From the NCBI RefSeq assembly GCF_009914755.1, contig NC_060925.1: 64,000 nt of DNA; one strand, 5' to 3'. This document shows, one piece after another, positions 13,246 through 25,150 of this stretch. The translations under genes and the position numbers were made by a program. This DNA comes from the human T2T-CHM13v2.0 reference genome, Homo sapiens. The notes under the pieces were generated by a model. That model saw only the letters and a program-made list of their open reading frames with translations, was not told the origin of the DNA and did not search any database. Every line of letters starts with the position of its first letter. Position 1 is the stretch's first letter.

Positions 13246-13314
13246 TTTCAAATTCATATATACACACACATACACAATTATTTCTTTTTCTGTGTGTACA
13301 TATGTATATATGCA

Positions 13315-13700
13315 TGTCTTGGTCTGTTTTGTGCTACTGTAACAGAATACCTGAGACTGGGGAATTTACAAAAAGCAGAGATTTATTTCTTACAGTTCTG
13401 GAGGCTTGGAAGTCCAAGGTTTGGGGGCTCACAACTGGTACAGACCTTCTTGCTGCTTCATCGTATGGTGGAAGGTGGAAAGGCAAGAGGGTAGGGAGGG
13501 GGAGGAGGCCAAACATCCTTTTATGAGAAACCCACTCCTGCCATAACTAACCCACTCTCACAAAAATGGCATTAATCCATTCATGAGGGCAGAACCCTCA
13601 TGACTTAATCACCTCTTAAAAGTCTCACCTCTCAACAGTGTTGCACTGGGGATTAAGTTTTCAATACATGAACTTTAGGGGACACATTCAAACTATAGCA
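13315..13700 (-). mobile_element. MST-type MaLR solo LTR (MSTB/MSTD-like)
   Basis: 'aacagaatacctgagactggg.aattta', 'ttcttacagttctggaggc', 'attaatccattcatgagggcag', ends 'gacacattcaaactatagca'. Confidence 0.88.
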
Positions 13701-15436
13701 ATCCATATTTATCATTTTCCCCATTCTCAACCCCTAAGACTTATCATTCTTAAGGAGTTAGCTTAACAGCAAGATCAAGTTTGTTTCCTTTGTGTTCAAC
13801 AGCTTCATGTAAGCCCGTAAAAGGACAAATCAGTCAACCATCCAAACTAACAGCATTTCATCAGTCCTACTTTGCCCTTAATAATTCATCCCTCTTATGT
13901 TTACTCTAATACCTGTGCAACATAAATATGCATGACATGTGGCTGTGTATGTTCAAGCACTTTCATGGATAGACTAACAGCAGGAGACTTTTGACCTTGG
14001 TCTGAATGGGAAAAAGTTACTGCGATGACTAATGACAGAATTGACAGCTTCATACTTTAAAGAGGAAAGAGGAGAAAAACATTCCCGAAAGAGAATTTCT
14101 TAACAGCAATTTAGATTTCTGTCTAAGAGGTGCTCTTTGTAAATTACATTTGAAAATAGATACTTTTTCTGTACCAGGTTTAACAAGGATAATACCTATC
14201 CTGTTGCCAAAAACCTTACAGGGATATTGTAAGAAATAATAAAAGAATGTCTGTGGAGCCTTTGAGCTACTTGGAATAAATATGCTAACAAATATAAAGG
14301 CTTCTTATTAACTCTAGTAAATATTCTGTCAGGAAAAAAAAAGCCACAAATAAAAGTGAGATTTGGGTAAAATCTACTAACTCCTAATCCAATTCTTCTG
14401 GATGCTTCAATTACTTTTTTTCTGACTCCCTTAAATTTGTAAAGAGTACATTAGATATTTAGCATCTTACCTTCTCACTGTTTAGAGGTTTTTCAATATC
14501 TTGGCAAATAATACCGAGTATTACAAGGACCAATTTAGTTAGGATCCATAGATGGCTGGCAACTCTGCTTCACTGCAATCAAGAAATAGTAAAAGCATTA
14601 AGATTGAGACTTTGTTGTTGGCTTTGTTGTGCATCATATGCTTTCAATCTCAAAGGGATTTTTCCAGATGTTTCAGCCTGTTTTCCTGATGCATTCAAAC
14701 TGTTCTGTCTTCTGAGTTCATTTGCCCTAAAATATACAAACCCAAACATCAGGCTGAATTGAACTCAATCATCCTTCTTTGCCATTTTTAAATGAAGCAT
14801 TCTGTTCTGTCATCAGGTGAAAGGGAGAACAATACCTTCAAGATCTCATTTGCAGATATAATATTATGAGAATCTTGGCACAGATTTATGTATCAGCTTG
14901 TAATGGCACAATTAGGATCTTTAGCTGCACAGGGAAACATAGGCCAAAAGGCATTTTTCATTCTTTGAACAAGCATCAACCAAACTTGGAAGGCTGTTGA
15001 AGTTAAAGAAGCAAGACTTCCAGTTGCATTAATAAGTTTTACCTAGTGATGCTTTTCCTGGGCCCAGAAAATGACAGACCCAGGAAATGACATTTGTCCC
15101 AGCAGGGATTCCAAAACTGTGCTGCAGGTATTACTTATGTTGGTAGGGTCACCATTAACACACCAGATGTGCAGAGAAAGGGGAGCTTCGTTATTTTCTA
15201 CAAGTGATAAAATCTTTCTCACAAGCTTCCACCCTGCTGGGTGGCTGATGGGAGTAAAGGGTGGGGAGCAACAGGCTTTAACTTTAAATTTGCCTATTGA
15301 TGATGTTTCAGCTCCTCTGGGTTACATAGCCTCTTTGGGATAATTTTTTAGTCAACTCACAGTTCACTCCCTAATGGAACTGTTTCTCCTTTCTCCTCTT
15401 CTTTCACTAAATGATGTTTGAGTGCAGGGGATAAGT

Positions 15437-15575
15437 TACAGTCTTCATGATTGGGGATGGAGAGGCCCTTGGTCTCATGCTGGTACCTAGGCAGTTGTCT
15501 ATGTTAGGCTGACTGGTCTAGGCTTTGAAGGTGCCCTAGCTGGACATCCTACTGTGTTCACCTTTGAAATGAACA
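15437..15575 (+). repeat. ~140-bp dispersed direct repeat, copy 2
   Basis: See 13106-13245. Confidence 0.92.
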
Positions 15576-15832
15576 GCTGTAATTAACGAAGTTCTTGGAG
15601 AACCAGGCCATCTCCCTTGGAGAATGACTCCAAAATTGGGTCTCAATACTCAAACTTGAAGCTGCATTGAAGTCTGTGACCTCCATTTGGTAACCTCCCA
15701 AATTTTTTTCTAGATTAGAGCTCAGAACATGTCATTTCCTTACATCTTTCTTTTCTCTTTCTACCATCGCACATGACAGAGGGCACAATCTTTCTATTTT
15801 CTCTTCCTTCATAACTAGGGCTTCCCTTTCAT

Positions 15833-16207
15833 TGTCTTAATCAGCTCAGGCTGGCACAAGAAATTACCATACATTGGGTGGCTTAGACAACAAACATTTG
15901 TTTCTCATGGTTCTGGAGGCTGTAAAGTCCAAGATCAAAGAGCCAGCATTTCGATTCCTAGTGAGGGCCTCTTCCTGGAGTTTGCAGATGGCTCTCTTCT
16001 CATTGTAACTCACATGGCAAAGACAGAAATAGAATGGAAGGAGGCTCCTTTCTAGCTCTCCCTAGGAGGGCACTAATCCTTTCATGAGGATTCCACCCTC
16101 ATGTCCTAATTACCTTCCAAAAACCCCATCTCCAAAGGGCATCACACTGGGGATCAGAGTTTCAATAGAATGAATTTTGGAGGAACACAAACATTCCATC
16201 CATAGCA
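15833..16207 (-). mobile_element. MLT1A0-like MaLR solo LTR
   Basis: 'tgggtggcttagacaacaaacattt.tttctca.ggttctggaggctg..aagtccaagatcaa', 'gcactaatcc.ttcatgagg', ends 'aacacaaacattccatccatagca'. Confidence 0.88.
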
Positions 16208-17429
16208 ACAATAGTTTGGATTTCTTTGCCCTGGGTGTTGCATCCCCCAGCCCACACCTTCCCAGACGTCATATGATTCATGCTCAGCCTTAGAGGTAAA
16301 AAGTTTCAAGAGAATAAGATTTAAGGGGTAATAAAATATGTAGCACAGTATTTTCAAAATTTTATCCCTATTACAAAGCACCAAAATAAAAGCCTTTTTA
16401 AAAAGTACAAAGTTAAAAAATCAGCAGTGTGTCTGTGTGTGTGAGAGAGCATGTGTACATGCATGTGCATGGTTTTCTATGTCTATACATGTGTACACAT
16501 GAAGTAGAGACCTGTAAAGACTCACAAGGAGTACAGTCTTCTCAGTCTATGAGGGTAAGACCCTTTTGAATCATTCCATATTTCACAATGTCAAAACTTA
16601 CAGAGTACTTCATCACCTGCCATAGGTAATGGTGCCTTGAAAATAGACATGAACTGTCAGACCAGAACACACTCCCCTCTAGGAACCTGAGTATTTCCTC
16701 CAGGAGGTATCAGGGAAATGTCAAATCATTGGAGACTGCCTTTCCAACCCCAGCTGGCCTCAGCCCAGGATAAAATACATGTTTCCTGAGAACACTTCAT
16801 AATTTAGACTCCACGACAGAGGTCCCTTCTGGATTTTCCAGGCAGAGTATTTATTCTGCTCTCCCCAGACTTCCTCATGGAGAACAGACATACTACCTCT
16901 ACTACAGTCTATGGATTAAGCTGATGTTTAGACAATCTTTTGTTTTCCCTCTGGAATAAAGTAAGTCTGTGTTTCTCTCCCAAATGGTATCCCAGAAGTT
17001 ATTCTTAAGTAGACTCAATCTTAGGAAGAAACTGAGTAAGTAAAGAGGAAGTCGAGTAAACGAAATTTCCTACAGAAAATTCCATCTGCTAAATAATTAT
17101 TTGTCATAAACTCTGGAGGAGTAAATTGACCTAACATGGTACTCATCACAACTCACTTATAACCAGTCTCTTTTTATAGCCAAGGATACAGTCTGATGGC
17201 AACTTTTAGTTACTCACATATTATTTATGAGTTTTATCCATATAAAATTTGCTGGTAATCTGCTCTCCCCACAGTTTTTTTTTTTATTGCTGACAATTGA
17301 AAGAGGAGTGTAATTGAATTCACTTTATAATACATTGCTTTTTTTGTCAAGGAATATATAATTATAAACAAGTTGACTTATTCAAAACTTGGTTTGAATA
17401 TCCTAGGTTGAAATTATCCTTCTAACTAG

Positions 17430-17630
17430 TATTGTGCAAAAAGCCTACATTTGGAAAGTTAGGCAGATCTGGATTCAAATTTGGCCTCACTACAAGCTAT
17501 TTTAGAGGAAGTTGCCTTCTGTCTAATTTGGTCATCTATAAAATGAAATAATATTCTTACAGTAATTAGGAGGACTAAATGACATCAAGCCTGAAATACC
17601 TAAAACCATTCTTGGTAAATTCAGAATACT
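17430..17630 (+). mobile_element. MIR fragment
   Basis: 'cagatctggattcaaatttggcctc' and 'tcatctataaaatgaaataata'. Confidence 0.55.
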
Positions 17631-18017
17631 TTTTTTTTCCTCTTCCACCCTGGAAACCAAGTCTAACAGTACATTATTAGCAGTTTTACATGTACAAAAT
17701 GTAGGGAGGAGAGAAACCAAGGTCAGATAAATCTGCATACAGTTTCCACTGCATGATCATGTTTCTGCTGAGCCTTGGACTCTGTCGGAGGCACCTAAGT
17801 ATTAAACATAATAAATACCATAGCATAATAATCAACCTAACGGGGATGCTGAGTGGTCAAGAAAGAACAGTATCCTCCAGGTTTGGACCCAGAGGGGAAA
17901 GCTCCCACAACACGGGTCCTCTGCGCGGCCAGCCTTGAGACATCACTGACAGACATGTCCCTTTGCTCAATATGCCTTGGGAATGGGCCAGATACAGAGC
18001 ACTGAGCTAAATAAGAG

Positions 18018-18069
18018 AGACGTGGCAATGAACAAGACAGGCAATGAACAAGACGTGGCAATGAGCAAG
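18018..18069 (+). repeat. Short tandem repeat, 3 x 16-17 bp
   Basis: agacgtggcaatgaaca / agacaggcaatgaaca / agacgtggcaatgagca. Confidence 0.85.
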
Positions 18070-18719
18070 GGCTCATTGTCTGTTTGGGGAACCAGAAGGT
18101 AAACCCGCAATTCAAATTTGGTATAGTAACGGCTAGCTGAGAAGGAAGTACTGAGTGCCATGATGAAGAATTTCTCAGAGGAAGTAGTATCCAAGCTGTG
18201 ACCTGAAGAATATGAATGATCCTAAGGCTACCAATGCCGATACATACCCAAGGAAATCAGCTACTTTGTTTTCCATATAACTTGACTCAAAATTTCTGCT
18301 CTTGTCATAGTCTCTCTCTCTCTTATTTTTATGCTGAGTATAATCTTATCTTTAGTCCACAACCAGTTTGTTTACTTTCCCAATGTTTCTCAGATACATA
18401 TAAAATTAGTTACTAACAGCTATTTTGTTGAATTCCCTAGAAGTCACAGGATCCTGAATCAGTTGCACATTCATGTAAGTGTAGGCTGTAGGAATTGCTC
18501 TTATAGTGAAGTAATGTCATGTTAACAAAGCATGTACTAGTTTTTTTTTTTAGTGTGTTCAAAGTTAATATTTGATAATACCCAGTTCAATGGATTCAGA
18601 TGACAGGTTTCAAAATGCAATTTTAAAATGGCTAAAAAAATATACACCTTTATCTCGTAAAGCTCATATAATTTGTACTTGTGTAAATAAACTAGGAACA
18701 TGTTTGTTTACCTGGAATC

Positions 18720-19200
18720 TTTTTTGATGTCACTTACAGATACCTAACTCAAATTAGCTTAAACTGAATCAAAGAGAATTTATCAAATTATCAGATATGG
18801 GTGGATCTAGGTCTTCAAACATTGCATTGGTGCTCCTTCTCTCTCTCTCCCTTCCTCCCTCCCTTCCTTCATTTATCTCTTGGTTCTGCTTTCTCTTTGC
18901 GCATTATGGCAAAAATAATCCCCACAACTCAACTCAAAACATATGTTAGATTTAGTTATGACAGAGAGAAGTCAGGGCTTTTTTACTAACAAATTCTGCA
19001 GAACTCCTGAAGATGCCTCTAATGGGCTAAATTTGAGTCATGTGACCATTTATGAACAATCACAAGAGCAGAGAGGGGGTGCCCTAGTTGGCCAGATTGA
19101 GTCACATGCCTGCCATCATGGCAGGGGAGACACCTGCTTATAGCCAACATCTTCAACAGGTTGGAAAGGACAATTGCTGAAAGAAAAAGATATTAGGAAG
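18720..19200 (-). mobile_element. Old MaLR LTR remnant (MLT1J/K-like)
   Basis: 'cctaactcaaattagcttaaac' and 'gggctaaatttgagtcatgtgacc..ttggccagattgagtcacatgcc'. Confidence 0.45.
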
Positions 19201-21149
19201 ACAACATAACAGCTATTCATTATAACATAAAATGATCAACTGTGATACCTTTTTTTAGCTAGGCCAGGAGAGCATTTCAGTGTGTGAGGCCTTATTGCTA
19301 GTTCACCTTGCAATAGTGCCACCTCTGCTAAAGAATGAGTGAGAATTATCTACAGACCCTGCATGTATTTACAATCATATTCCAGCTCAAAGGGAATGAG
19401 CCTCTCAAAAGTTAAACTTAAGCCCCAGGCTCAGACTGAAATAAGAGTTTTTAACGGGAAAATCAGAGAAATTTCCCCTGGGATGAAATATCTGTGAAAC
19501 ACATATGAACATCCAAAAGAGGTAAAGTCAAGTTAGGTCTTCATACTTCACACTTAATACTTCAAATATGGGAACTTCTTAACTGGTCACAAAAACATCC
19601 AGATAACAAGGCCTAGAAGGGGACATTTCATTTTAAGGGAATTGTGGGGCAATCAAAAAGTTCCAAACTGTGCAATAGAGATTTACAAAATATAAATGCA
19701 GTGAAAGTTAGGGAAGTATGGATTATTTAGTGGACAGAAAAAGAGAAAATGATTTCTTAATTTTCTCTTTGATTCCCCCAGAACCATGTAACAGCTTAAT
19801 TGCAAAGAGATGCTTTAAGCAACCATCAAAAAACATTAAACTGCTCTGTGATAGGAATTGTGCTAGGGGCTGAAGACAGGACAATAAATGAGGCATGGTC
19901 TTGGCCTCAAGGAAGTCACAGTTTTATGGGGAAAAAAATCCCCTTCAGCAGACAATTAAAATATAATATTCTACAATAAATGTCTATAGAAGATTCTATT
20001 AGAACATATAATAATTTAAGAAGTCACACCTGCAACTCTGCCAATAGATATACTCCTCTATATTGCCTGAAATTCCACCATTAGAAGTTGGTCTATCTGA
20101 GTTGGAAGATATCTTTTTAAAATTTCAAATAGCTCTGATGTGAATACCATCTTAATCAGGATTGTTAGTTTTTCTTACTTGGTGTGAATTGATCAATCTG
20201 ATCGTTTCCCCTCTGAAGCACCTCCAATCAGTAAACTCAGGAAATGGTGGTGTCTTGGGGCTTGAGGAGCAAGGGTAATAGAAGAAGAGAACATTGGATC
20301 TGCGGGATTGGGGAACCCCCAAAGCCAGACTTCCTCTAAGAGACCAATTAAGACTCAGGTCAGCCCAGCATAGCTGCTTCCTCCTTCAATGCACTGATGC
20401 ACTGTGTATCAGGACATTGAACAACACTCAATCCTATAGAATGGACAAATAAGTCACTGATTTGATTACTTGGCTGACGATGCACTCATCAGGAAGAACT
20501 GAATAAACTCTCCAAATGCACATCTTCTGTCTCCCCTGCCAAGGTGACCAGGCATTTGGGTCTTCAAGATCTGGAGGGAAGTTGCTAGGTAGAAACAAAC
20601 CCAGGCAGGCAATCACTAATCAAGCCTACGCACACACACTGAGACAATTTAGCTGAATTTCTCTGGGTTTGTATAGAAAGGCCAGGATCTATACTGGGAA
20701 GAACTTGAATCCGTAGGGCCTATGAACGGGATGAGATGTGCAGATTCTGAGAGAGTTGCAGGAATCTTAAATCACATCTGAGAAGACTTTACAGGCCTGG
20801 GCAAGGACAACAAGAGTGAGGCACCGCGGACTGGGGATGAGGTCCTCCTCATATCTTATGGATCTGTGTAAACCCCAGGATTTCCATCTAACAACATGAA
20901 GAAAGGGAAGGGAGTCATGTACAGTGAGTGTAGAAGACATCCCCCCAATCTTCATGGATACACCTACATTGATAGAGCAATGTAGCAGTACTTGTACCCT
21001 GGATAGTGTGGAAGAGTCCATTGCCTATTACAGAACTAGCTAGAAGTTATCTTTTCAGTAGGAGAAAGTGCAAGATCAAAAGAGAAGATACTTAGAGGAA
21101 GGCCGAACACACACGGTAGTTAATTCCCTATAGTTTGTTGTAAAACAAT

Positions 21150-21500
21150 ATCAAGTGTTTAGAAATGGTCATTTGACCTAATATGGCCAATGATGGGAGG
21201 CATGCTGAAAATTTCTGGGAAAGGATTCCTCACTCCTAAGAAAGAGATATTAAAAAAAGAGGTGGTCCTTCTTCCTCTGGATATCGTATGTCTAGATGGG
21301 ACTGCCAGAACTGCTACAGCCATATCGCTATCAGCCCAAGGAGGCAGCCAACACATGAAGAGGCATAGCTAAGAGATTGGCTGCGAAGTGGAGCTGGAAC
21401 CCTGGTGTAGCCCACACAGAGCCATCACTTCTTGTTACATAAGTTTCAATATTGCTTAAGCCAGTGTTCTGTGACTTGCTGCCAAGACCATTTGCTATAC
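21150..21500 (+). mobile_element. Old MaLR LTR remnant (MLT1I/J-like)
   Basis: 'ttctgggaaagg', 'cttcctctggatat', 'gaactgctacagccat', 'ttgcttaagcca..tctgtgacttgc'. Confidence 0.55.
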
Positions 21501-22078
21501 AAAGTACAACTGTTTTGGTGTGTTCTTTCCACACTAGCCACAGTTGGTGCATTAAGCTTCAACCAGAACAGTGGATCAATACATTGTGTAATGGCCCCTC
21601 TTTTCCCCAGTCCTACCTATTTTCTATCGTATACCAAAGTGCTGTCACCCCCAAACAACCCCGCCAGACTGTATCTTTGCGTAAACACCTCTACAGGCTT
21701 CCGATTTCCCATAGGGGCAACTGTCTTCCATGGCAGACAAGGCCCTTATGCATTGGGCTTCACCTGCGATCCTGTCATCTCCCGCCACTCCATGCCCTGT
21801 ACCTGGAACATGAGCCATTCTGGCCTTCCCTCTGTTTCCCAACACAGTAGCTGTTTGTGTCTCTTGGACCATTTGTGGAAGGATTGTGTTGTCTAAAATG
21901 CCCTTTCTCATCTATTCTATCTGCACAGAAAAGTAGACTTTTCCATCTATACTTGTCTCTGGGAAACTGTTCCCTGACTTCTCTTTTCTGTGTGTTTCTT
22001 AGCATTTGTGTCATATCATCTAGGACCTTTTTAAATATCTGTTTATATGCACCAGTCCTCCCCATTAGCCTGTGCACC

Positions 22079-22512
22079 TATGATGGTTAATTTTATGTGT
22101 CAACTTGACTGGGCTAAGGAATGCCCAGGTGGCTGGTAAAACATCATTTCTGGGTATCTCTGTGAGGGTGTTTCTGGGATAGATGAGCATTTCAATTAGT
22201 GGACTGAGTAAAGAAGATCTGCCCTCACCAATGTGGTCAGGCATCATCTAGACCACTGAGGGCCCTGACAGAACAAAAAGGCAGAGGGAAGACAAATTTG
22301 TTTCCCATTTGGCTCAGACATCCCTCTTCTACCCTCAGCATCTATGCTCCTGGTTCTTGGGCCTCTGGACTTGGACCAGGACTTACTTACGTCATTGGTT
22401 TACCTGGTTCTCCAGCTTGCAGATGGCAGATAGTGGGAATTCTTGGCCTCTACGATTAAGTGAGCCAATTCCATAAGTCGAACAAATTGATCACTTTTGA
22501 TGGATGACAGAT

Positions 22513-22557
<45 letters not shown>

Positions 22558-22616
22558 CAGACAGAGATAGATATATCCCATTGGTTCTGTTTCTCTGGAG
22601 GACATTTACTAATACA
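22079..22616 (+). mobile_element. MLT2B-type ERVL solo LTR
   Basis: Starts 'tgatggttaattttatgtgtcaacttgactgggctaagg', ends 'ccattggttctgtttctctggag..actaataca'. Confidence 0.92.
22509..22573. repeat. (GATA)n tetranucleotide STR with GACA variants, inside MLT2B
   Basis: About 10 pure GATA units then GACAGACAGA. Confidence 0.97.
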
Positions 22617-23839
22617 GTGCCTCTTGAGACCACCTCTGTAGCCTCAGTTCTGGACTCATCCATAATAGGAACTTAGTGTTCCTGGAACAAATAAACAAAC
22701 GAATGAATAAATGAGTACAATCCAGGATTTCAGAAAGTCAGAAACAAATTCTATAACATCTGGAGTCCTTCTGCGAAGTGAGCAACTACTTCCCACACCT
22801 CTTGAGGGTATCACAGCTAACCAGTCCACTAATACTTTCAACCCACACAGTGATTTGTTCCGCCACCTTAAGCTATATTCCTGATTACTGCTAATCTAAA
22901 GAGCAGGATCACTCTGGTGGGCATGACATTTTTCTACTATGTTTTAAGTGTGAATGCTGACTTCCGGCCACAACAGAGTTATTTGCAATGTTTGCTTAAC
23001 ACAAGTGTGACATCGTGTTAAGAAGTCTAATTCAGAAGCATGTTATGTAATAATACCAAAACAATTATCTTATCTATTTTTAATTAACTGGCTCCTACAT
23101 ATATTTATTTATTGATCAGACACAAAGCACATATACATATTTTTAATATGAAGCATTTCTGAAGAAGAAAAATGTTGGTAGGAATTAAAATTTTGTCCTA
23201 TTTTTACATAAAGTGGTATAAATAGTAACATTTATGCATGTAAGTATGAATGTATGTTAAAAGAGAGAAAATAAATCTGTATGGAAATATATAATAGGGA
23301 AGAACACAGATTAATGTATCCAGGCATTATATTGATGCAATTTTTATCAACGGGTTCGCATCAACTGCTTGCCAATAGGACACAAACCATGGCATCCCAG
23401 GTCTGCAAAGCCACACTGGTCGCCAGCAGTTTGAAAAGTTGGCTGTAAATGAAGGTTTTCTAAGTGGCTGCTTATGATGCCATGTTGGTGGCATTAGTGC
23501 CTGGGAAATACAAAGAGCTAAATGCTTCCTCTATTTCATTTTCTAAATTTCATAGCCTGATGGCAGTAGGCCTGCAGGCACTGTATTCTGAAAGGATTAT
23601 TGCACTTCCTGAGAAGTTAAAGTCACTCAGCTTTTGCCCCCATGGCTTGGGACACCAACCGAGACATACTGCAATCACACAGCTGCAATAGACTGTCTCT
23701 CGTGGCTTACTGCTTAATGATATTCCAAACATTAGATCTCCCTTCTATTATGTAGCCTCTTTGCCACCAACTCCCTTTTGCTTCTTTTAAGCCTTTTTTC
23801 ATTTTTGTATTTACCTTATTTATCTTACCTTCACACTTC

Positions 23840-24310
23840 CGTGACCTGATTACCCTTAGACATAATCATCTCCGGTTTCCCTTTATGTATCAGTGGCTGC
23901 CGCTTGATATTATGGTGTTATTTTAATATCATAATGGAAAATGATAAAGGCCAATCAATTACTTTGTATTATCCATTTTGTTCCATTGGGATTGATTTTC
24001 CTCTATGTAATCATGTTTGCAGCCATTAAAAACAAAGATTAAAAAGGGTTTTCTCTCTATTTTTCATATTCAAAAGAGTCATATTAGTAACTCTGCTTCA
24101 TAATGTTGCCGCTAAGAGAGCTAAAGCTCATCTAGAGAAACGGAGTCCCTGGGAGGTGGCTTGAGTGATGGACAGGACCCAGGGCTAGTTCTAGGACACT
24201 GGCCCATGCCTCAAGTATTTATTTTCCCTGCTGTTCTCTGGAAAAAATCTGGCATTACATTTATGATTTAATAAATGGCAATCCTGTGTCGGCTGCACAT
24301 TTTTGCACAT
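23840..24310. promoter_or_regulatory. Candidate conserved enhancer-like element
   Basis: Non-repeat sequence with clustered homeodomain/PBX-HOX-like (TGATTA, CCAATCAAT, TGATTTAAT) and SOX/TCF-like (AACAAAG) motifs. Motif inference only. Confidence 0.3.
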
Positions 24311-25027
24311 CAGAAGAGGTTCCCACATTGTCACTTTGCCTTCTCCTCACCAGATAAACTGCTGAAACTCTCCCACGTCAAATAACCTAGAAATGTACCG
24401 ATAATGAATCTTTCCCAGTGCGGCTGTGCCATTCACTCACTTAAACTTCAGCTGCCTGCTGAGGCTCTCGGTCCTTGAGAATAAATATACATTAGATGCA
24501 AGCAGGGTACATACAAACACCAAGAAATAATACAAAGCAGGGTGAACAGCTTGCAGGAGGAACCTGCGGAAGACTCCAGTCTCTCTACAGCAGGGAGAGT
24601 CTCTGAGTGGGGAATCAGCTTCAAAGAGATGGGCTACGGAGACTAAGTCTTCTAATCACTAGCTTTACATGCACTGAGATTGACAAGCTGGTGGGCAGCC
24701 CCAAATGGCAGCCCTAGGCATGATAGAGAACTTAGCTTCTCCACAGCCCAGCTCGGCTGCCAGAACTGTGCTCCCTGCAACTCCCATGGCCAAATGGGTA
24801 GACGAACTGTTTGTCTTTTGTTTGGTGTAAAAACCCATAGAGAAATCCAGCTTGTATGCAAGCTCTGCAATGCTAGGGTTTTATCTGACCTCACTTTTAT
24901 TGCTCAAATGCTCCAGACTCTCTTTCCCTTCCTCTTGCTCAGCGATTGACCCTTTTCCTTGAAATAAGCAAATAGCATGTATTAAAAATCATTTCAGGCT
25001 ATGGGGTCCTGGAGCCAGGGATGAGGA

Positions 25028-25150
25028 TCAGAGTGTGTGACATCACACTCTGATGTCAGAGTGTGTGACATCACACTCTGATGTCAGAGTGTGTGACATC
25101 ACACTCTGATGTCAGAGTGTGTGACATCACACTCTGATGTCAGAGTGTGT
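25028..25150. repeat. 28-bp palindromic minisatellite, ~4.4 perfect copies
   Basis: Unit TCAGAGTGTGTGACATCACACTCTGATG at 25028, 25056, 25084 and 25112, plus an 11-nt partial copy at 25140. Confidence 0.98.

Noticed and set aside
21432-22090. Overlapping 77-154 aa ORFs
   Set aside because: They fall on degraded MLT1/L2 sequence, occur on both strands, mostly use non-ATG starts and show no recognisable domain.
25028-25150. CRISPR-like array (28-bp palindromic repeats)
   Set aside because: Units are directly adjacent with no unique spacers, there are no cas genes, and the context is primate DNA. It is a minisatellite.
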